Shown here piece by piece: positions 38,765 through 50,678 of a stretch of 64,000 bases of DNA (positions are counted from its first letter, which is position 1; each line of letters starts with the position of its first letter). The stretch is from the human T2T-CHM13v2.0 reference genome, Homo sapiens: NCBI RefSeq assembly GCF_009914755.1, contig NC_060947.1. One strand, written 5' to 3'. The notes beneath the pieces were generated by a model. It was not told the DNA's origin, ran no database searches, and worked only from the letters and a program-made list of their open reading frames with translations. The position numbers were made by a program, and so were the translations under genes.

Positions 38765-40864
38765 GCTTGTTTGTTTGGTTATGTAATCAGTGTTCAGTTT
38801 CCATCAATTTAGAATAATGGGTTATAAGAGTGTTTGCAAGTGTCATGATGGCCACAAATAAAAAATGTTAATATGCAACAAATAAAAAGCAAATAAGTAA
38901 ATCATATCAACAGAGAAATTCATCTTTGATTAAAAAAAAAAGAAAAAAAGAAAAAAAGAAAGAAGGAAAGAAGACCACAAACCACCAGGAACCAAATATT
39001 AATAACAAAATAGCAGGAGTAAGTTCTTACTTATCGATAACAACATTGGCTGTAAATGGACTAAGCTCTTCAGTCAAAAGACATAGAGTGGCTGAATGGA
39101 TAATCAAAAAAGACCCTTGATTTGTTGCCTACAAGAAACACACTTCACGACTTCACCTATAAAGGCACACACAGACTGAAAATAAAGGAATAAAAAAAAA
39201 ATGCCATGACAATGGAAAACAACAAAGCAGGAGTAATAGTATTTACACAAGAAAAATAGATTTCAGACCAAAAATATAAGAAAAGGCAAACAGGGTCATT
39301 ATATAATGATAAAGGGTTCAATTTAGCAAGAGGATACAGTAATTGTAAATATGTTTGCATCCAACGTTGGAGCACTCAGATATATAAAGTCAATATTATT
39401 AGGAGTAAAGGGAAAGATAGACCTCAGCAATAGTAGATGGAGACATCAACAACCACTTTCAACATTGGACAGACCTTCCAGGCAAAAAATCCACAAAGAA
39501 TCATCAGACTTAATCTGCACTGTAGATAAAATGGACCTATTAAATATTTATAGAACATTTTATCCAATGGCTACAGAATACACATTTTTTTCTGAAGCTC
39601 ATGGATCCTTCTCAAGGATACACTATACGTTAGGTCACAAAACTAGTCTTAAAACATTAAAAAAAATTGAAATAATATCAAGCATGCATCTCCACTGATC
39701 ACAATACAGTAAAAATACAAATTCATAATGAAAAGAATTTTGGAAACTATGCAAAAACATGGAAATTAGACCATATGCTCCTGAATTACCAGTGGGTCAA
39801 TGAAGAAATCAATAAAGGAATTTATAAATTTCTTGAAACAAATGATAATGGAAACACAATATATCAAAATCCATGGGATGCAGCAAAAGCAGTACAAAGA
39901 GGTAAGTTTACAGCTATAAGCACCTGCATCAAAAAAGGAAGAAAAGCTTCAAATAAATAACCTAATAATGCATCTGAAAGAACCAGAAAACCAAGAGCAA
40001 ACCAAACCCAAAATTAGTAGAAGAAAAGAAATAATAAAGATCAGAGCAGAAATTAATAAATTTGCAATGAAAAACAAATACAAAAGATCAATGAAAAAAA
40101 AGTTGTTTTTTGGAAAATTTAAACAAAATTGACAATTCTTTAGCCAGACTAAGAAAAAAAGAGAAGACCCAAATAAGTAAAACCAGAAAAAAAGAGACAT
40201 TACGACCAATACAGCAGAAATTCAAAGGATCATTAGTGGTTAATATGAGCAACTGTATGCCAATGAATTGAATTATAGAGAGAATATAAATTCCCAGACA
40301 CATACAATCTACCAAGATTGAACCATGAAGAAATCTCAAACCTGAGCAGATCTAAAGCCAGTAAAGAGATCAAAGATGTAATAAAAAGTCCCCCAGTAAG
40401 GAAAACCTCAGGACCCAGTGTCTTCTCTGCTAAATTCTACCGAACAGTTAAAGAGGAGCTAATAGCAGTCCTACTCAAAAGATTCTGAAAAATAGATGTG
40501 AAGGAAATGCTTCCAAACTCATTCTACAAGGCCAGTATTACCCTGATGCCAAAAAGAAATATACATCAAAAACAGAAAGCTATACACCAATATCCCTGAT
40601 GAACATTGATGCAAAAATCTTCAACAAAATCCTAACAATTCTAATTTAACAAAACATTAAAAATGCCATTCATCATGACCAAGTGGAATAATTGTTTTTT
40701 ACTGACAAAAGGATGGTTCAACCTAAACAAATCAATTAATGTGGTACATCATATCCACCGAATGGAAGACAAAAGCCAAAGGATTATTTCAATTGATGCT
40801 GAAAAAGCATTTTAAAAAAATTCAACATCCCTTCATGGTAAAAACCTACAAAAACTTGGGTATA

Positions 40865-42784
40865 CTCATAGTCTCAACCCAAAAGCTCTTTACACTGATA
40901 AACAACTTCAGCTAAGTCTCAGGATACAAAATTAATGTGCAAAATCACTGGCAAATCAAGCTGAGAGCCAAATCAGGAACACAATATCATTCACAATTGC
41001 TAAAAAACAATAAAAGACCAAGGAATAAGGCTAACAAGGGAGGGGAAAGATTTCTACAAGCAGAACTACAAAATACTGCTCAAAGAAATCAGAGATGACA
41101 CAAACAAATGGAAAAATATTCCATGCTCATGGATGTAAAAAAATCAATGTTGTTAAAATGGCTATACTGCCTAAAGCAATTTACAGATTCAATGCTATTC
41201 CCATTAAACTACCAAGGACATTCTTCACAGAACTAGAAAAAAATATTCCAAAATTTATATGAAATCAAAAAGGTGCCTGAATAACCAAGACAATTCTAAG
41301 CAAAAAGAACAAAGCTGGAGGCATCATGCTACCCAGCTTCAAACTATACTAGGCTATAGCTTGAAGGATACGGTAACCAAAACAGCATAGTACTGGTACA
41401 ACAACAGACACAGACCAATGGAACCCAGAATGCAGAACCCAGAAATAAGGCTGCACATCTACAACTATCTGATCTTCAAGAAACCTGACAAAAACAAGCA
41501 ATGGGGAAAGGATTTCTTATTCAATACCTGGTACTGGGATAACTGGATAGCCATATGCAAAACATTGAAACTGGAACCCTTACTTACACCATATAAAAAA
41601 TTAACTCAAGATGGGTTAAACACTTAAATGTAAAATTCAAACCTATAACAACCCTGGAAGAAAACTTAGGCAATACACTTCTGGACATAGGAAAGAGCAA
41701 AGATTTCACGATGAAGATACCAAAAGCAATTGCAGCAAAAGCAAAAACTGACAAACTGGATCTAATTAAACTAAAAAGCTTCTCCACAGCTAAAGAAACT
41801 ATCAGCAGAATAAACAGAAAACCTACAGAATGGGAAAATTTGTTTGCAAGCGATGCATCTGACAAAGGTCTAATATCAAGCATCTATAAGGAACTTAAAT
41901 CCAAATTTACAGAAAAAAACAAACAACCCTATAAAAAAGTGAGCAAATGACATGAACAGACATGTTTCAAAACAAGACATACATGAGACCAACAGTCATA
42001 TTTTAAAAATTCAACATCACTGATCATTAGAGAAATGCAACTGAAAACCACAATGAGATACCATCTCATATCAGTCAGAATAACTATTATTAAAAAGCCA
42101 AAAAATAACAGATGCTGGTGAAGTTGCAGAGAAAAGGGAACACTTATGCACTGTCGGCAGGAGTGTAAATTAGTTCAGCCATGGTGGAAGATGGTGTGGT
42201 GATTTCTCAAAGAATTAAATATAGAAATGCCATTAGACCCAATAATGTCATTACTTAGTATATATCCAAAGATATATACATCATTCTATATAAAAGATAC
42301 ATGCACACATATGCTCATTGTAGCACCATTCAGAATAGCAAGGACATGGAATCAAACTAAATGCCCGTCAATGATAGACTGGATAAAGAAAATATGGTAC
42401 AGGTACTCCACGGAACGCTATGCAATTATGCAGCCATAAAAAAGCATGAGATCATGTCCTTTGCAGGGACATGGATGGAGCTGGAGGCCATTATCCTTAC
42501 CAAACTAACACAGGAACAGAAAAACAAATACCACATGTTTTCACTTATAAGTAGAACCTAAATGAAAAGAACACATGGACACATAGAGAGGAAAAACACA
42601 TACTGGGGCCTATCAGAAGGTGGAAGGTTGGAGGAGGGAGAGGATCAGGAAAAATAACTAATGGGTACCAGGCTAAATAATTACAAGATGAAATAGTCTG
42701 TACAAATAAAAAAATCCCATGACACAAGTTTATCTATCTAACAAACCTGCACATGTACCCCTAAACTTAAAAGGTAAATCAAAA
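40865..42784 (+). mobile_element. 5'-truncated L1PA13-like element
   Basis: 3' half of ORF2 plus 3'UTR ggagaggatcaggaaaaataactaatgggtac. TSD aaacttgggtata / aaactgggtata. Confidence 0.85.
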
Positions 42785-43288
42785 GAAACTGGGTATAGAG
42801 TGAAAATACCCCAACATAATAAAAGAAATACACGACAGGCCCACACCTAGAATCATACTGAATGTAACAATATAGAAAGCCTTTCCTCTAAGATCAGGAC
42901 CATAACAAGGGTTCCCACTTTTACTACTGTTATTGTAACATAGCACTGGATGTCCTAGTTAGGGGAATCAGGCAATAGACAGAAACAAAGGACATCCAAA
43001 TTGAAAATAAATAAGTCAAATTCTCCTTGTTTACAAATGAGAGATCTTATATTTGGAAAAATCAATAGACTCCAGCATAACACTATTAGAATTGATAAAT
43101 TCAGTAAAGTTGCAGGTTTCACTCACCATGCAAAAATTAGTAGCATTTCTATATGCCAAAAGCAAACAATCTGAAAAAATAATCAAGAAAACAATTCCAT
43201 TTACAATAGCTACAAATAAAATAAAATACCTAGAAGTTAATTTACCCAAAAATGTGACACATATCTACAATAAAAAGTATAAACCACA

Positions 43289-45765
43289 TGGTGTTGCCTC
43301 ACCCAGGAAGTGCAGGGGGTCAGAGAACTCCCTCTCCAAGCCAAGGGAAGCCATGAGGGACGGTGCTATTTAGCTCGGATACTATGCTTTTCCCATGGTC
43401 TTCACAACCCACAGACTAGGAGATTCCCTCGGGTGCCTACACCACAAGGGCCCTGGGTTTCAAGCACAAAACTGGGAAGCTGTTTGAGCAGATACCGAGC
43501 TAGCTGAACACCTTTCACCACCCTCCCCCCGACCAGTGGTGCATGGAATGCCAGCAAGTCAGAACCATTCTCTCCCCTGGAAAGGGGGCTGAAGCCAGGG
43601 AGCCAAGTGGTCTTGCTCAGTGGATCCCACCCCCATGGAGCCCAGCAAGCTAAGTGCCACTGGCTTGAAATTCTTGCTGCCAGCAAAGCAGTCTAAAGTC
43701 AACCTGGGACATGCAAGCTTGGTGGGTGGAGGGGCATCCGCCATTACCGAGGCTTGAGTAGGTGGTTTCCCCCTCACAGTGTAAACAAAGCTACTGGGAA
43801 GTTCAGACTGGGCAGAGCCCACTGGAGTGCTGCAAAGCTGCTGTAGCCAGACTGCCTCTCTAGATTCCTCCTCTCTGGGGAGGGCATCTCTGAAAGAAAG
43901 GCAGCAGCCCCAGTCAGTGGTTTATAGATAAAACTCCCATCTCCCTGGGACAGGCACCTGGGGGAAGGGGCGGCTGTAGGAGCAGCTTCAGCTGGCTTAA
44001 ACTTTCCTGCCTGCTGGCTCTGAAGAGAGCGGCAGATCTCCCAGCACGGTGCTTGAGATCTGCATCTGCTAAGGGACAGACTGCCTCTTCAAGTGGGTCC
44101 CTGATTCCTGTGCCTCCTGACAGGGAGACACCACCCAGCATGGGTCGACAGACACCTCATACAGGAGAGATGCAGCTGGCATCTGGCGGGTGTCCCTCTA
44201 GGATGAAGCTTCCAGAGGAAGGAGCAGGCAGCAGTCTTTGCTATTCTGCAGCCTCTGCTGGTGATACCCAGGCAAACAGGGTCTGGAGTGGACCCTCAAC
44301 TAACTCCAGCAGAACTGCAAAAACTCCATCCAAAGGTCACCCACAGCAAAGACCAAAGATAGACAAATCCACGAAGATGAGGAAAAACCAGCACAAGAAT
44401 GAAAAGGAATGAACAAAGCCTCCAAGAAATATGGGTCTATGTGAAAAGACCAAACCTACATTTAATTAGTGTACCTGAAAGTGACGGGGAGAATGGAACC
44501 AAGTTGGAAAACACTTTTCAGGATATTATTCAGGAGAACTTCTCCAACCTATCAAGACAGGCCAATATTTAAATTCAGGAAATACAGAGAACACTGCAAA
44601 GATACTAATCGAGAAGAGCAACCCCATGACATATATTAGTCAGATTCACCAAGGTGGAAAAGAAGAAAAAAATGTTAAGAGCAGCCAGGGAGAAAGGTCG
44701 GGTTACCCACAAAGGGAAGTCCTTCAGACTAACAGTGGGTCTGTCTGCAGAAACCCTACAAGCAAGAAGAGAGTGGGGGCCAATATTCAACATTATTAAA
44801 GAAATAATTTTCAACCCAGAATTTCATATGCAGCCAAACTAAACTTTATAAGTGAAGGAGAAATAAAAATCCCTTACAGACAAGCAATTGCTGAGGGATT
44901 TTGTCACCACCAGGCCTGCCTTACAAGAGCTTCTGAAAAAGCACTAAATATGGAAAGGAAAAACTGGTACCAACCACTGCAAAAACAAACCAAAATGTAA
45001 AGACTATTGACACTATGAATAAACTGTATCAACTAATGGGCAAAATAACCAGCTAGCATTATAATGTACAGGAACAAATTCACAGATAACAATATTAACC
45101 TTAAATGTAAATGGTCTAAATGCCACAATTAAAAGGCACAGACTGGCAAATTGGATAGAGTCAAGATCCATCAATGTGCTGTATTCAGGAGACACATCTC
45201 ACAGGCAAAGACACACATAGGCTCAGAATAAAGGGATGGAGGAAGATTTACCAAGTAAATGGAAAGCAAAAGAAAAGCAGGGGTTGCAATCCTAGCCTCT
45301 GATAAAACAGACTTTAAACCAACAAAGATCAAAAAAGACAAAGAAGATTATTACATAATGGTAAAAGGATCAATGCAATATGAAGAGCTAACTATCCTAA
45401 ATATATATGCACCCAATACAGGAGCACCCAGATTCATAAAGCAAGTTCTTAGGGACATAAAAAGAGACTTAGACTCCCACACAATAATAGTGGGAGACTT
45501 TAACACCCCACTGTCAATATTAGACATATCAACAAAACAGAAAATGAACAAGGTTATTCAGGACTCGAAGTCAGCTCTGGATCAAGTGGACCTAATAGAC
45601 ATCTACAGAACTCTCTACCTCAAATCAACAGAATATACTTTCTTCTCAGCACCACATTGCACTTATTCTAAAATTGACCACGTGATTGGAAGGAAAACAC
45701 TCCTCAGCAAATGCAAAAGTACTCAGTAAACTAGGTATCGATGGAACATATCTCAAAATAATAAA
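43289..45765 (+). mobile_element. L1PA7/8-like 5' portion (5'UTR, deleted ORF1, ORF2 endonuclease), lacking a 3' end
   Basis: GC-rich 5'UTR gcctcacccaggaagtgcagggg.., ORF1 LRAAREKGRVTHKGK, and EN domain NIYAPNTGAPRFIKQ..IIVGDFNTPLS (ORF 45259-45729). Confidence 0.85.
43559..43744 (-). CDS. Putative L1 ORF0-like antisense ORF, 61 aa (translation unproven)
   Basis: MADAPPPTKLACPRLTLDCFAGS..MGVGSTE resembles L1 ORF0 as recalled (MAGAPPPASLPPCSLISDCCASN..VGVGPSE). ATG context is gtaATGG. Confidence 0.35.
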   Translation of the reverse strand: MADAPPPTKLACPRLTLDCFAGSKNFKPVALSLLGSMGVGSTEQDHLAPWLQPPFQGREWF

Positions 45766-47639
45766 GATTTAATGCAACTCCTATTAAAATACCAATGATA
45801 TTCTTCACAAAAATAGAAAAAGCAATCCTAAATTTTCTGGAGAACCATAAAAGATTCAGTATAGGGAAAGCTATTTGAAGTAAAAAGAACAAAACTGGAG
45901 AAATCACATTACCTGGCTTCACATTATACCACACACTTATAGTCACCAAAACAGTAGGGTACTGGCACAAAAAAGACACATAGAACAATGGAACAGAATA
46001 AAGAACCCCAAAACAAATCCTCACACCTACATTGAACTCATTTTAGACAAAGGTATCAAGAACATCCATTGAGGGAAAAGACTATCTCTTCAATAAATGG
46101 TGCTGGGAAAACTAGTTATCTGGGAAAACTAGTTATCTGTGTGCAGAAGAATGAAACTACACCCCTATCTCCTGTCACATACAAAAATAAAATAAAAATG
46201 AATTAAAGATGTAATTCTAACACATCAAACTCTGAAACTACTACAAGAAAACATTGGGGAAACTCTCCAGGACATTGGAGTGTGCAAAGATTTCTTGAGT
46301 AATGCCCCACGAGTACAGGCAACCAACGCAATGATGGAAAAAATGAATCACTTGAAGTTAAAAAGCTTCTGAACAACAAAGGAAACAATAAACAAAGTAA
46401 ACAGACAACTCACAGAATGGAAGAAAATATTTGCAAACTACCCACCTTACAAGGAATTAATAACCAGAACATATAGGAAGCTAAAACTCTGTAGGAAAAA
46501 GCTAATAATCCATTTAATGAACGGGCAAAATATTTGAATAGACATTTCTGAAAATAAGGCATACTAATGGCAAACAGGTTTATAAAAAGGTCCTAAACAT
46601 CGTTGATCATCAGATGAATTCAAATCAAAACTACAATGGGATATCATCTCAACCCAGTTAAAATGGTTTATATCCAAAAGACAGACAATAACAAATGCTG
46701 ACAAGGATATGGAGAAAAAAGAACTTTCATACAGTGTTGGTAGGAATGTAAATTAATACAACCACTATGGAGAACAGTTTGGAAGTTAATTAAAACACTG
46801 AAAACTGAACTATCGTATGATCCAGCAACCCCCTGCTGGGTATGCACCCAAAGGAATGGAAATCAGTATATCGAAGAGATATAGGCTCTCCCATGTTTAC
46901 TGCAACACTGTTTACAATATTCAAGCTTTGAAAGCAATCTAAGTGTCCATCAACAGATTAATGGATAAAGGAAATGTAGCATTTATAGACAATGGAATAA
47001 TAATCAGATAGCTGAATACTATGGATGAATAATTGGATTCAGCCATAGAAAAGCATGAGTTTCAGTCATTTGCAACAACATGGATGGAACTGGAGATCAT
47101 TATGTTAGGTGAAATATACAGGTTCAGAAAGATAAACTTTTCATGCCCTCACTTACTTGTGAGAACTAAAAAATAAAACAATTGAATTTAGGGATATAGA
47201 GAGTAGAAGTATGGTTACCAGAGGCTGAGAATAGTAGTGGGGGAGTTTGGGGGTAAGTGCAGATGGTTAATGGACTAAAAAAAATAGAAATAATGAATAA
47301 GATGCAGTATTTGATAGCACAACAGGGGGACTATAGCCAATAATAATTTAATTTTACATTTTAAAATAACTAAAAGAGTATAATTGCTTTGTTTATAACA
47401 CAAAGGATAAATGCTTGAGAGGATTCATACCCCATTTACTCTGATATGATTATTACTCATTGCATGCCTGTATCAAAATATTTCATGAACCCCATAAATA
47501 TATACAATGACTACGTACCCACATAAATTAAAAATATAAGTTAAAAAAGACTATGATAAATTATGCACATTGAACATGTTTCTAAAAAGTAAAAAAAATT
47601 CCCCCAAAATTTCAAATAAAATGTATAAAAACTGATTTC

Positions 47640-48230
47640 TTGAAAAAGCCAATGGGATGAAGTCCAAACTTGTAAACATAAAATACAAGGATCTCCATTA
47701 TTGTCTCTGCCTAATTCTCCAGCTTCATGCTCCCACCCACAAATATGACTGATGATACATACCCCTAATCCAACGAGGCAGAACTACAAGCAGTTCTCTT
47801 ACATGCACCCCATGGTTTTTTTTGTTTTGTTTTGTTTTTCTAATCTTCGTGTCTTTGCTCCTCTTTACCCCTGCCTGGAATGATAGTCCTCCTGACCAAT
47901 TTCATTTTGCTTTACTCTACCTTGCTCATCAGCTTCCACCTTATACATCATTTCCTACAGGATTCTTTACCTAATAGACCATCCCATCTGAGCTAGGTGA
48001 AGTAACCTTTTCCTATATTGCCATAAATCTCCCCGCATATCCCCATCATGGTAATCTATCAGATAAAAATGGCCTGTTTATATATTTCTCTCCCTTTCTA
48101 GGCCATGAGCCTCTTGAGGTTTTTTTATTCATGTTCCTACCCCAGTGCCTCATTTCATGCTTGGCACATAGAAGATATTCCAACATACAATAACTAAATC
48201 AATGGATAGAGGAATGAAAGGATAGATGAC
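47640..48230 (+). mobile_element. L2 LINE 3' fragment
   Basis: cccctgcctggaatg..ccatgagcctcttgagg..cccagtgcct..gcttggcacatag..aatggatagaggaatgaa. Confidence 0.7.
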
Positions 48231-49021
48231 AAATTTATTATAGTTACTTAAAATGTGGACTTAAATGAGTAAGTCACCAATCTAATTTCCCTGGATGAGA
48301 GTATATTAATCTACAAAACGAAGAAGACTGTACGTTCTCTATGTCTTCTTCTAAATCAAAATTTCTCCATTTTTTATTCCTATAACATTGGATCTCTATT
48401 GTGTCACTTCTTGGAATTCTTAATCATTCATTAAGTTTATCTAAATAGTATAAAACATTTGAGGAACAGAAGACAGTGGTGTTTCACTGCTAACACCGAT
48501 GAAATGATATGCAAAGAAGTGAGAAATGTTAAGGCATTGAGAAAAACTTTTTGTACCCCACATTTATTTACACAGCATAAACACTACAGAAATAACTGAA
48601 AAAAAGATATCCTTTGATTTGACCCCTGTGTCCTGCATAGAAAAGCTTATGTGTAAAATCCTACATGGCATGATTGGGACCAAAAATATGCTGAAGTCAC
48701 TTTTTGTTAACTTATACTAATTCCACTGTTAGCAGTTTAGGTAATTCTGCCTGCCAGGGCACTCATTGAGAATTACACCCAAAGTGAATTGTCTTCATCC
48801 TGAAGTCAGGGGTCCTGCATATCTTTAAGGATCTGCACTTCTTGATATTCTAAATGCAATTCTAAGTGTTCAAAGATACACTGTTTTAGAGTCCATTATC
48901 CTTAACTACAAGCCATTGCAGGAAAATTGTGATCTGTTCCAACACTGGCAGAGAAACCGGTCATGTAAGACTTATTAAGAGCCTATTTATTATTTTTCAG
49001 CACCATGCCTTCCTATGCTTT

Positions 49022-50319
49022 CAGGGGACTTCAAAACATTCATTAAAAATGGAAATAAAATGTAAAATAAAAGTATATATAAATTTTATTTCTCAACATA
49101 AACTCCATCAAATTAAACACTGATTTGTAAGTAATAAAGCCAGCTATTTAGTCCATCCCTAAAGAACTGAGGATCCTTGGAATTGAACCATGTCAATTCA
49201 GCCTGTTTTCATTATTAGCTGAAGAAAAATTGGTTCCCTTTAAAGATTTCTTAAGATTAGGAAAGAAAAAGAAGTCAGAACTTGCCAAATAACTACTGTA
49301 AGATGGATACCTAATGATTTTCTATTGAAACTCTTGCAAAGTTGCCCTTGTTTGATGAGAGTAACAAGAAGAAACTTTGCCATTGTGGAGAAGGACTTCC
49401 TGATGGAACTTTTCTGGAAATTTTTCTGCTAAAACTTTGCCTAATTTTCTCAAAATACTGTCATAATAATCAGATGTTATCATTATTTGACCCTCCAGAA
49501 AGTTAGCAAACAAAATGACTTGAGCATCTCAAAAAAAAACTGTTTCCATGACCTTTGCTCCTGACCAGTCAGCTTTTACTCTGACTAGACAACTTCTGCC
49601 TATTGGTAACCATTTGTTGACTGTGCTTTGTCTTCAGGATTGTACTGGTAAAGCCATGCTTCATCTCTCTTTACATTTCTTCTAAGAAATGCTTCAAGAT
49701 CTTTATCCCACTTGTTTAACATTTTTATTGAAAGCTCTGCTCTTGTCTGAAGCTGATGTGGTTGCAACAGTTTTGATAACCATCAAGTGAAAAGTTTGCT
49801 TAACTTTAATTTTTTAGTCAGGATTATGTAAGTTTATCCAATTGAGATGTCTATGGTAATGGTTATTCTTTGTGCTGTTAATTGTTGGTCATCTTCAATT
49901 AGGAGCAACAATATTTTATTTTTCTTTCAAATTGCTATAGATGATCTGCTGCTTTAGGCTTCAATCTTCAACATCATCTCATCATTTCATAAAATAAGTT
50001 GTATATTTGTAAACTGCTGATTTCTATGGGGACATTATCCCCATAAACTCTGAAAAGCATCAATGATTTCACCATTCTTCCACTCATGCTTCACCATAAA
50101 TTTTGTGTTTGTTCTTGCTTCAATTTTAGTAGAATTCATGTTGCTCTGAAAGGGGCTGATTTCAAACTGATTTCTTATTCTCTTTAATCCCTCAAACTAG
50201 ATCATGTTCAGATATGTTATAACAAGGTAGTTCACTTTTACTTTAGTGCAAAATACTTTGAAATCCAGGCATAGTTTATTCACAATACAAATTTTGAAAA
50301 ACCTGTTGAAGACTCCCTG
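49022..50319 (-). mobile_element. Full-length HSMAR2 mariner DNA transposon
   Basis: About 1.3 kb long with degenerate TIRs caggggacttcaaaacattc.. / ..tgttgaagactccctg followed by ta. Transposase remnants lie inside. Confidence 0.9.
49086..50139 (-). pseudogene. HSMAR2 transposase pseudogene
   Basis: Starts MNSTKIEARTNTKFMVK, includes FLEGQIMITSDYYDSILRKLGKVLAEK and ends DGVYVEK*. Contains stops, and the HDN catalytic motif reads HNG. Confidence 0.85.
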
Positions 50320-50332
50320 TATTTAAAGAGTA

Positions 50333-50617
50333 TTTTTTTTTTTGAGATAGAGTCTTGCTCTGTTACCCAGGCTGGACTGCAGTGGCACAATCTCAGCTCA
50401 CTGCAGCCATGACCTCCCAGGCTCAAACAATCCTCCCACTTCAGCCTCCTGAGTAATTGGGGATAAAGGTGCATGTCACCAGCTAATTTTTTGTATTTTT
50501 GTAGAGAGGGGATCTCGCTGTTGCCTAGGCTGGTCTCCAACTCCTGAGCTCAAGCAATCTACCCACCTCAGCCTCCCAAAGTGCTGGGATTACAGGCATA
50601 ATCCACGGTACCTGGCC
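50333..50617 (-). mobile_element. AluJ
   Basis: Poly-T plus a dimeric Alu. TSD taaagagta on both sides. Confidence 0.92.
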
Positions 50618-50678
50618 CTAAAGAGTAATTTTGATGATGCACCCCTTTTGCTTTACATTGCTGACTTTATAACCTACC

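Larger units (their letters stand above)
32790..47548 (+). mobile_element. L1MA (L1MA2/3-like) host element with five nested insertions
   Basis: 5'UTR ~32790-34640. ORF1 remnant 34640-35437 plus 37920-38100. ORF2 remnant 39000-40864, 42785-43288 and 45766-47170. 3'UTR ends gtacccacataaattaaaaat. Confidence 0.85.
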
